A stretch of DNA of 63,610 bases, the filler included, from Collodictyon triciliatum (taxonomy: Eukaryota): NCBI GenBank assembly GCA_043381765.1. It is 5 parts of 5 records of this genome, joined end to end, with 100 filler letters (N's around TTAATTAATTAA, not from the genome) between each part and the next. Parts side by side here need not be neighbours in the genome. Positions count along the whole stretch, not along the records: positions 1 to 17,060 come from JBHJMP010001492.1; 4 more parts are not named here. The stretch is one strand, 5' to 3'. The stretch's first letter is position 1; each line of letters starts with the position of its first letter. Shown piece after piece: positions 1-10,900 of the stretch. The position numbers were made by a program, and so were the translations under genes. The notes beneath the pieces are model-generated. The model saw only the letters and a program-made list of their open reading frames with translations. It had not been told where the DNA came from and ran no database searches.

Positions 1-3000
1 CATGCGGACTTTCTTCAGTACGATGGCGACGGAATCAACGTTCATGTGCATCCACTTATCAGCAAAATCTTGTTGCATAGTAATGGATTTTTCATCCGAG
101 GTTATCAAGTTCGGTTTTGTGATTCTCGTTTGTGTACCATGCCTATCGATATAGAAGTAGAGTCCAATAGTCAAGTTCTTGTTTTTCCTCTCAGACTCTA
201 CATCTTTCTCAACCTTTTCACCAGTAAGAATTTCGATCTCCATCAAAAAGAAGGTATTTGGAGTGTTCTCTGGTGCAAAGCTGTTCAGGTTGAAAACAAC
301 AGCGTCATCATCCTGCTTTCGTACAAAAAGGCGAGTGTGCGAAGACTCTAGCGAGGTATCTTCCGTTGATGGGGTCTCTTGAGCGGATGTACCTGGAAAA
401 TAAAAACCATATGTATAAATATTACAGGGCGGCTCAGATCAAGAGTCATCACCTGTGTTACATATTACTAATACAACCATGTATTATGTAGTGGATATAA
501 AGTTGGTATCATTATGCAGGGGTCTAATAAGAGGCTAAATTGACTGATTATTTCCTATGACACACAAGACTTTACATTTTTGCTAGTATTCATAAAATTT
601 ACCTGTGTGGTGAGTAGCTGGAGATGGTACAATCTTTCTGCTGCGTGCAAGTGTGCGTAAGCTGGATAGCTAATGAAATGTAGACAGAAAAGATATTTGT
701 TCAAGTATAAATATGTAGACGTGTATGCGTATGCGTATATCGACAGATTGATAGGCATTTCGCATTGCTGGATATTGCCCAAATTCTTTTATTTTTGTGG
801 TTGCGAAAAAAAAATTATCATATAAATACAGCAACTTCGACGGACGACTTTACATATCATATATAGAGGTGAAACGAATATCAATCTGTTACATAGAGAA
901 CAAAACAAACCTTTTGTTCACCTCGCAATTTCTGCATAATAACATATGCAAGCCACCATAGTGGGCTTGCGATGAACCAACTCCATTGTAAGAAGACAAA
1001 CAAAGAGCTGTAGAAAATTTTGATAACCACGCTATCTTTTCCATATATGATATCAGACTGTTCGGTAATCTGATTCTGAACCTTTTGAAATATACGTTTG
1101 ACGAAGGCAAATATGCTACTAGATGTTTCAGTCTGAGAGCAATTTTCATTTTTATCTTCAGAGGCTTTGGAGTCATTTGTCTTCAACTGGGATTGAACCC
1201 TGCTAATAATATTGGGTGTACTCTTTGAATTCTTTTTCATCTTATCATTTCCATGAATTTCATGCTCTTTGGTCTTCTTTTCTTCAGCTTCCTTATTTTC
1301 TTCGGCTTTCTTCTTTTCTTCAGCTTCCTTCTTTTCTTCAGCTTCCTTCTTTTCTCCAGTTTCCTTCTTTTCTTCAGCTTCCTCTGTTTCATTTTCGTCT
1401 TTGTTGCTTGGTAGATTGTACAAGGTGGCATAGATCAAGTAAGCTAAATCTGTTTGACCATGGTATCATATATCCAACATTAATTAGTATCGAATGGAAA
1501 ATAAAGCAAAAATACAAGTAGAATAAACCGTTAATTACCGCTATGTCTCACAAGTGGTGGGTGAGCAGAGGAGGACAAAAGAAGAGAAAATAATACAGAA
1601 AGTATATGAGAGGGAAAGTGTGTTCTTACATAAGCAAACGAAGACAGGCAGGTATGTGATGGCCAGAACTAGAATGGCGATGATGAATCCAAGAAAGGCT
1701 ACAATTCCCACAAAAGCAGCGAGCCAGTTGACAGAGCGAGCTAAAAAGAAGACACCCAAATGATCCACAGAAGGCACTGTCTTACTATTTGCATTGAATC
1801 TAAGAGATACAATGTTTTCTATAACACTACGGACATAGGCTTTGTGTGAATTCCGTTCCGTATTCATGTACAGAATGTAAGCATTGTCCGTGGGCATGAA
1901 ATCATACATCAACTCCAAGAGCCAAGGAATGACAAACTTTGAGATGGGCGTGAGTACGTTCAGAGGGACGTGCGATATGTTTTCTTGCATTTCTTTCACA
2001 ATTTTTGAAAACATGACCTGAAATTTCCGTTCGGAATCTTGGCTAATCTCTTCGTACCCAGCACTTAATAGGGCGATGAGGATATTGATGAGAATGATGA
2101 CACATACAATCATGAAGGCGAAAAAGAAAAAGACGCCTGCAACCGGAGCTGCAGACTTGATATCATCAAAGTTGAACTCTCCAAAGAGCATGAGGCCGAA
2201 GCTGTATGCCGAATCGATTTGGGTAGAGAGATAGGGAATATACTTTCCTGTTATAACATATAGGGCAGACGCAAACGCAGCGAGGAATGTGAAGAGAATG
2301 ATCATAAAACCAAAGGTTTCCTGGACAGAGCGTCCTATGATCAGCACAAGAGTCCCGGCTGACTTTGACAAACTCATGAAAAAGAGGAGGCGAATCCAGG
2401 TCAAGAAAAGCAGGACGGAGAGCACAATTTGCTTGACCTGCACCACCGACACCTTTTCGAAAATGGATGCAGAAGAGTAATTTTCTAATTTGGATGTATC
2501 TAGAGTGTTGCTAACTCTCAATTGGAGAATTACCGTGTACAAAAGGGCACAGACCATAAGGATATCGATCCAGTTCCAGACACTCCGAAAGAACTGCTGC
2601 TTTTCTTCCTTCAGTTGGTGAACTTCGTGGATAAGAAAACCGATGGCGTACACCACTAGCAGGTAAAAGATGACCGATTCACGATTCAGATCCAAATCAA
2701 AGAGCAGCAGAGGTATATTTTCTACTTTGGTGATGGTAGTAACCGACCCAGAGCCAGGAAACTCAATAATTTGGGTGATGGTGCTAAGAAGTCTCAAGTT
2801 CTCATTAACTGCATGGTACTCTAGTAACACCACACGTGTTTGGTCGTCAAACCACCCATCTTCTTGCAACTGATTTGCCATAGAAATGGATTCCTCGTAA
2901 TCCATATCCAGAGACTGTGCGTACCCTCCCCCTTCGTAAAATGTATTCGATGAACCAAAGTAGGGAATTCCATGAAGTTCAGATTCGGTCTGATACCTAA

Positions 3001-6000
3001 ATTGGTTGCTTGGCCCATAGTTCGTCCTGTCTTCGTATTGTTGAATGTAAGGATAGACGCACTGGGTAGCCCCTGGAATATTGCAGTCGACTTTTTTGGA
3101 TCTCAATTGGCGCAAGCGAATAGGGGTAATCAATCGATAGTATGTGGGGATGGATTCACTTTCTGTGGGCAAATATGCCTTATACCCCATATCGATCCCT
3201 TGGAAGGCCTTTGGCAGAAAAACATCTCTAGTGTAGTTCCAAAAGCCATTGGAGAAGTCACTTGTCTCTGTGGCAAAAAGATCATCGATTCCTTGCTTGA
3301 ACTGAATGGACGGGACTCCTGTGGCTTGGTTATGTTGCACAGCAAAGTAGGTAATCAAAAAAACATAGACAGAGTATAGCACGAAAAACATCATAAACTC
3401 TACCCTGGGTGGGCGGTTAGACCCCGTGGTCAGCATTTCCAGATAGAATTTAATGTGCTGCCAAATAGACCAAAAGTATATGTCTGGGTTCTCGTAGAAT
3501 TTTGAAACGTTTTTGTCCATCCTCTTCCAACTTTTAGCTTTGCCGTTTGCTTTATCGCTTGTTTCTTTATTTTTTGCAGAGCTTGCTTTGTCGCCTGCTT
3601 TGTCCATATCTGTGGAGTCTTTTTTCTCACTCAAGGTCTTGGGATCACTGCTCATGGTATGATATCCTGGTGTTTTTTCTAAAACATCCAAGTTTGGGTC
3701 ATTGAGGTAGAAGTTTCCACGAGCCCATGTTTTTGTGACGATATCCGATATGCATGGTTCTGAAAGGAAATATTCTGCACCAGCGTCCGATGCGATTTTG
3801 ATACACTCGCGCAGCTCTTGTTGGTTTTCATGAAATTCTTGCTGTGATTTTTTCTTGTAGTCATCTCCAGCTCTTCTGGCTGCATACTTGTCAAACTCCT
3901 CAATCATTAAGGGGTCTGTTTGCCAAAGTGATTTCAAGTGTTGGACAATCAGTAAAGCTTTCCTCATTGGTGAGTGCTTGGTGTTTTCAAAGTACTTTTG
4001 GGCCTCTTTGGCATACGCATTTTTCCGTATTGGATTATCTCGGTATGATAACACTCGCAGTCGGGAAAGCTCACATAGTTCAGGACAGATAGCTAAGTTC
4101 AAAATGGATATATGATGTGTTATACATTGGACTTTTGTATCACTTATTACATACTATAATTATTTTACTATTATTTCTCATTTTGGCAATATAAGGGCAC
4201 AATTCTAATGTCAAAATATATGAATAGACTTTAGACAAGCCCATTCCATCTCTTGATATTGGCGGATGTTTGTTTTGTTTTGTTTTGTTTTGTTTTGTTT
4301 TGTTTTGTTTTGTTTTGTTTTGTTTTGTTTTGTTTTGTTTTGTTTTGTTTTGTTTTTAAAAAAAAAAAGAAGGGAAGGAAGGCGAAGAGAAAGACATCGG
4401 AAAAAGGAAAGCATAGAAAAAGGGGAGAAACCAATTTTAAATGGTTTTCTTTTCTTTCAATTGATAATGTTCTTGGGAAAAATTTTGATTTTTTTTTTTT
4501 TGTCGAATACCCCATGAAAGAACTGATAAGTCTTGATATGATTGCTGGTGAGCGAGTGTGAATGAATAATTTTGTACAGACCTATTTTTGGTGGTCTTTC
4601 CTTCCTCTGCTGCGATTCATCAGATGACTCTTGGGGATTATCTGCATAGTATATGAATAGCTCGAATGCATCTATTGGAATATTCTTTTTCTCATCTTTA
4701 TTTTCTTCTGTCCCATCATCGTCATCCTTGGTGACTCTTATACTCCAATGACCCAGTTTGTTAGCATCGATATTGAGCTCCTCAAGAGACGTCATGTACT
4801 GGATGTAGTTGGGTATATATGATATGTTGTTGCGCGAAATGTCAAGAGTCTTTAGGTGCGACAGGCCAGATAATACTCTAGGTATGCACGTCAGCTTATT
4901 GTTGGATATATCCAGGGCTGTGACTTTCCCAAGGACGGCAAGAGCGTTTAGTGAAGGTGGGGACAGCTTTGCAGAAAGATGAACGTTACCGAATTCAGCA
5001 GACTCTGTCGCTGCTGTCCATATTGCTTTTTCGGCATCACAAAGCTCCATTTCCTCCACAGAGTCAACAATGTCAATAATACGAGGAGAACGCACAAAGT
5101 TTGCGAGGGACCCCATCTTGTTTCCTTCGAGGTTGAGGGAGATGAGATTTTTTTGGTTTGAAAAATCTTGAGTAATTCTTTTTAACATGTTGAAAGAAAG
5201 ATCCAACTTGTGAAGGTTGGTCAAACGGGACAATTCATCAGGGAGATCAGTCAACTTGTTTCTAGACAAAGAAAGGAATGCAAGATGGTTCATTTTCAGC
5301 AAGGCTTCCGGAAAATCTTGCAAATTGTTGATGCTAAGATTAATGACTGCCAGCATGCTCATTTGGCTAAAGAACTGAGGCACGGTGGTAAGATTATTCC
5401 CTGCTACGTTGATTTCTGTGATACGATTTGGGGTTAAAAGTGTAACATCATCAAGATTGGAGTTGTAGAATGACAAAGACAGCCTCTGAAGGTCAATTAA
5501 TTTATTATATTGTATTATGGGCTTTTTCAAAGGACTGTCAACAATAAGTTCCCGTAATGAGCTAGGTAGGAATCCTTTTTCCTGGGAATCTTCAGGCAGA
5601 GAAAATCTATTCTTGCTTATGTCCAGAAATCTCAGCTTGGTCAAAGCAGATATATTCACGTCGAAAGATATCAATGCAGCGGAGAGATTCAGATGGACCA
5701 AGTTTTCTAGTTTGAGGATGGCAGCAGGAAGTCTGGATAAGGCATTTCCTGACAAGTCCAGAAAGGTGACATTAGGTATGGATGTAGCCAATAAATCATC
5801 GATGCGGTTCATGTTATTGCGTCGGAGTGAGAGGGAGACCAAGCAGGACAAAGAACTGAGGCTTGTGAGGAAGTCAGCATAGTTATTTCCTTCAATGACG
5901 AGACGACTTATTGTAGACGTGTCTATGGCATGGCTGATATTGAACCCGGTGCAGTGTATGAGCTTCAGTGTGTTGATGTTTCTGATTCGATTTGTGTGCA

Positions 6001-6847
6001 CCAGTTGGGTATTTGATGCCTGCAAAGCATTGGTTGGTACGTACCGGCAGTTGTGGAGCTCCAAGTGTGTCACGTTATTTTCAGCATTGATAGCCAGAGG
6101 AGGACTCATAGAGTTTGTAATAAGGAGATGAGTATCGGGGGCGATAGTAGATGTGGCATGTAACAAAATAAAGAGGTTGGTGTCCCATAGCTTCAGGTGT
6201 GTGTCACCGAGACTCTTCTCTATGTATTTGGGCGCTGTTTTTGCGTAGTCCGGGTCAGTATTTTCTTTGCGCACCTGCTTCATGTGGATTTTTGGAGCGA
6301 AGTACATTGTATCCACATCATCCTTTTCATCCTGCAGTTCTTTTGTAACCCCTGAGTTGTCGATGAGCGACTGTCTCGACTTTTCGGACAAAAGGATTCT
6401 GCAGGGTGTAGCAACCTTGATATCAGAAATACTGGTCTTAAGCGATGGCAAAAAGCGCAGGTCAATGGTGTGGAGGTGGCCAAAGTCTTGCCAGTCCGCA
6501 AAGATGCACTCGAGGGGGTTGTCTGATAGGTCGATGAGCTCCAGTTTTCGCGGCAATACTGAAACATCTTCCTTGGAGATGGACCTATATTTGTTCTTGG
6601 ACAGATCCAGAATGCGCAAGTTTGTCAATTGAGAGACTAGCGTCGGGAATTGATCGAAGTTCTGGTCGCTTAGATTCAAGATTATAACTTGCGCCAGCCT
6701 TGGGTATCGCGAGGCTATGTGTTTGTTTGCGGCGATTTCCTTTTCTTTCTCCTCAATCTCAATGTGCTTCCAAGTGGTACCTCGGCGCCGCAGAAGATTC
6801 GTAGACGAGCCTGTGGGCAGCTGCCGTTGCACAGATTCGGCACTCAT
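1..6847 (-). CDS. LRR-repeat + polycystin-2/TRP-like cation channel, multi-exon, 3' end runs off the window
   Basis: Exon ~4582-6847 is LxxLxLxxN LRRs. Exon ~1630-4092 starts with a final LRR (ELCELSRLRVLSYRDNPI), then TOP-domain motifs (PIRLRQLRSKKVDC, YEGGGYAQSL, WFDDQTRVVLLEY), S2-S6, pore GLMLFGEFNF and LINILIALLS. GT-AG introns link the ORFs (e.g. 4545-4581; donor at 1629). Further exons lie at ~911-1443, ~603-669 and 1-393. The junction at 4093-4510 is not fully resolved. Confidence 0.8.
1277..1382 (-). repeat. Coding 18-bp repeat, (AEEKKE)-like x~6, in the channel C-terminal tail
   Basis: ORF 881..1438 reads EAEEKKETGEKKEAEEKKEAEEKKKAEENKEAEEKK. Confidence 0.85.
4268..4352. repeat. 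(TTTTG)n intronic microsatellite
   Basis: Direct reading. Confidence 0.95.
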
Positions 6848-6976
6848 TGGCACGGCTTATCTAGTGTTAGGAGCAGTTAGTTTGCTGCTGTTCCTCTTGT
6901 TACTGCTGCTGCAACCTCGACAGCCGATCATAAAGGTGTTGTGTTTACATTTTCTGTATTTTCTTTGTTTTGCTGT

Positions 6977-7068
6977 GTTTCTTTTGGGCTTTCTTTTGGG
7001 CTTTCTTTTGGGCTTTCTTTTGGGCTTTCTTTTGGGCTTTCTTTTGGGCTTTCTTTTGGGCTTTCTTC
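6977..7068. repeat. 12-bp minisatellite (CTTTCTTTTGGG)x~7, probably in the 5' UTR of the channel gene
   Basis: Direct reading. It lies upstream of a GTAAAC...CTAAC...TAG intron (~6860-6948, minus strand) that precedes the ATG at 6847. Confidence 0.85.
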
Positions 7069-7282
7069 AAGGCTTGAGTAGTCTTGGTTGATTCGAGTTG
7101 GGTTGGTTTGTGCGGGTTGATTTATAAACAAACAAATGCGCGCACACAGAGAATGAGCCGCTGCATTTGGTTATTTGGTAATTCAAAAAATTAAACTTGT
7201 GGGCATGAATGTCAACATAATTATGATTTCTTATTATGGTATGCCTACAATGAATTTGCCATCGTCGTTCCTGCCAGAAGAG

Positions 7283-7531
7283 GGCGGGGTGGCCGTGTGG
7301 TCAATCGCCTCCGGAGGGGGAAAATTTTGCCTCGGATCGAATCCAGGTCAGGGCTCCTGGTGGTTGCAGCTCCTTAGAGTTGTGATTATTCTCAACCCCC
7401 TCGGGTGCATATGATGGGCCATGAACCCAGCTTCCATACCAAGCCGGCCCGCACCCTTATCTGACACGCGCCACTGCTTTCAACCAAGGCACAAAACAAA
7501 TCTGTCTGACTGAAAAAAATAAAATAAAAAA
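7283..7531 (+). mobile_element. Possible tRNA-derived SINE or tRNA pseudogene
   Basis: A-box-like TGGCCGTGTGG at 7290-7300 and B-box-like GGATCGAATCC at 7334-7344, with an A-rich end at ~7513-7531. No proper cloverleaf or target-site duplication was seen. Confidence 0.3.
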
Positions 7532-7955
7532 CCCCCGCTTCCTTCCCTTGAATCAAATGAAGGGAAAAATCATCGTTCCTCCCAACCAAAACAGCCTCCA
7601 CCGCATCGCGTATCGTCTCATTTCACAAAGCACCACAACAGAACAAAGTATTATGTTCGAATTTTTTATATGTTTATTTTATTTTTATTTGTTTATTTTA
7701 TTTTTATTTGTTTATTTTATTTTTTGCTGTTCTTTTCCTGTGGTTGGTGGTGGCACAGCGAGGGCCCCCTGAGCCCTATGAACGAAAGATACAAAGGTTG
7801 GTATATCTTACGAAGCAAAGTTAAATTATTTTATTTCAAAAAAAAATGAAAGTATGGGAATGTATGATATTCAAGAAATTAGGTATGCACGAAATTCGAT
7901 TTCTGGTGGACTCGTCCTTGCCTTATATATTAGGGCTTGTGCTTCTCGGCCTGTC

Positions 7956-10900
7956 TCATTCTTCCTTTCCAGCCAGTTGGTTCATAAGTAGCCGATTCAA
8001 GTTATTGCAACCAACCAAGTTGTCGTATATGATCTCCTCTCCGCGGAGCGACTCGTGAGACGTCCACATCAAATGCAACTTGATAACCCGTTCTTGTGTC
8101 TCGGAAATTATATCAATCAGCCACTTGCAAATTGCCCCATCCTCTCCACTTGTTAGCAGGCTTGGTGGCTTTGGAATGTATTTAATTGAGCGCACTTGAT
8201 TGTGAAGCTTCTTCTCAAACAGCACTGCTTCCGATTCAGGTTCTACCGAGTCTGGACAGATTCTCACGATTCTCACAAATCCGTCGCGGCATCCAAAAGC
8301 AACATACTCTTCACCACAGAAATCAAAGGTGTCCAGGCAATATAATGGATCTTCTAGGGGTTCCATGTAAGTCAAGGATGCGTCATGACCCTCCGAATCA
8401 GAAAATTCACCATATGCGAGAGACCCGGACTCATCAACAACAGCAAACCGTTGTTTGCTTCCGATAGATTTCAAAAAAACTATAGCCGCCCCATCTTCAA
8501 AGGGGGTTGAGGCCTCAACTTTCGATTTAACTCCACAAGAAAATGATTTATCTGTTTGATTATAGGTGATGTGCACCAACAGTGCGGATTCAGCTTCCAA
8601 GAGTATTGCCACGGAATTAAACTCGCAATCAAATTCTTTCATCACGAATGCGTGTACACCAGTTTTAAGACAGCTGCTTGCTTTTGATCGAGTATCGTAA
8701 AAACGAAAACTGGCTTCTACAATACAAAATATGACATCACTATCACCTAATCTTTTTACGTCAAAGCTTCCAACTTTTTTTCCCAGTTTACCCGTGGATA
8801 ATTCTTCTTTGTCGCCTTCAAAAGGATTAAACCACCTGTAATTGTCATCCTGAGAGTAAAATATCTTGGTGCTGTTTTCACCAACATGTAAATGAATATT
8901 CGGCACCATGTCAACAGTATCTTTCGAAACTAAGCAGCTCCCAGTCGATAGATTCCAAACTTTTATGCTTTTGTCAGAACTTCCCGAGGCAACTAAGTCA
9001 GCTTGGAAGATGCTGCCTTGAGACTCAGTGGCCGAGCCACCAGACCCGGCTGATATGCTTGGGGGCATGGACAAGGACAGGGCATTCACTGCTTTTTTGT
9101 GTCGTATCATCTGCTTCGTCTGTTGGCTTGTATGCAATTCCCATATCCAAATATTATTGTCCTTGCATGCACCCAAGAGATACATATTGTTATTGTACTC
9201 CATAATATCGATCTTCGTCACAACACCCGCAGGTCCCAGAATCTGGTCTATGACATCTTTTTTGGCCAAAGACCAAACATATATCATCGTATCCATGCCA
9301 GTTGAAACCAAAAAGTTGTCATGGCTGTTTGGATTATTTATCCATTTGACGTCATTTATTGATTTTTTATGATTACCCTCCAACTGGGCAATTATTTTCC
9401 CATCCAAACCATTGAAAATGTGGATCTTATCTCGTAACACCAGTGCAATATGAGGTATCTCATTTATAAATGTAATACTTAATGAATTCACTCTCACGTT
9501 ATCAGTTTGTAAGGTAGTGTATTCCTCACATATAATAGGGCTTTCCAGTTTTACGGTTATGACACTCGCATGGCTAAGCGCCCCAGCTACGACTATGCGA
9601 GTTTTGCCTTCAGCCTGAAAACATCCTATAGCCTCCACAGAACTTTTCATGTCGTATGATGGAGTACGTTGTTTTAGTACTGCTGAGGCATCAGATAGCA
9701 TTTCAAACCATAAAATAGTATAGTAGCCACTTATTGAACCTATAGCCACGACCAAATCTGTATTTCCTTTTTGAGTCTGAGAAAGGTCGCTCTTGAGTAC
9801 ACATATGGTAGTTATTTGAGTTTTTTCAATGGCATCAAGTGGCAAAGAGGTTATGTCTTCTTGGGTTGTTACATTACATATGGAAAAGGTACCCTCTTTA
9901 TCACCACTAAGAATATAATCCACGCCATTTACTCTTGCATGGGCCAACGACGATATTCCCGAACGAGCTCTCACAACCGGCACATTCATCATATCAACAG
10001 ATATATCCCAAAAGTGTAGCTTAGTAGTTTCTGAAGAACAAACATAGCTTTTATCCGATCCTTTTCCAGGAATCCAGCAAACTGTATTAACAGGATTTTC
10101 GTGCTTCAACTTTGGAAGCATACCAAATTCAACACCTTCCATTATGGCATTTGTGAATGTGCATCCACGTATGTTTGCATTTCGTAGGGTAACTCCAGTA
10201 AGATTCGCTTTTGTAAAGTTCACACCCTGCATTACTGCACAAGATAAATCAGCATGACGTATGTTCACCCCAGCAAAGTCAACTTTGTGCATAGGGATTC
10301 TGGAGTAACAAAGTAATGTAATTGCAATACTTGAAGCTTGCCAAATTTCCTCAGAGTCTGAGTCCTTTGAATGATTTATAATGTCGAAAAGATTTTTCAC
10401 AATATCTGGATGGTCACTTACATATTCAGATATTAGACCCAGTATAAGGGTATGGGTGGCCCTCAGCGAATAAATGACTGATTTTCTATCTTTCCAAAGG
10501 TCTGTAGACAATAGCTCTTCAATTGCTTTTTTGGCTATGAAAAAGTCTTTGATAAACCGTTGCTTGAATTGGAACTTCTCGCCAGACTCATCACGCACTT
10601 TTCTCAGGAATGATATTTTTGCCGAGGTCGATACCGACTTTTGTCCTCTCTTTTCTTTGATTATTTCAAGAAATGATGATCGATCGATACTTGAACTCTT
10701 TGACGTGAATATTTTTTGTGCAACAGCAATTGATATCGACTCGTCGATGTACTCTGTGGAAGCAGCTGTGTCCTTGATACTAGAGAACCAATTCCTTATA
10801 AAATTTTCAAAAATCTGGAATCTATTGATAGAATATTGATGGACCGGATGCACGTCTGGACTATCCGAATAGCCTGTAAGTATCAGATTGAGCATGAATG

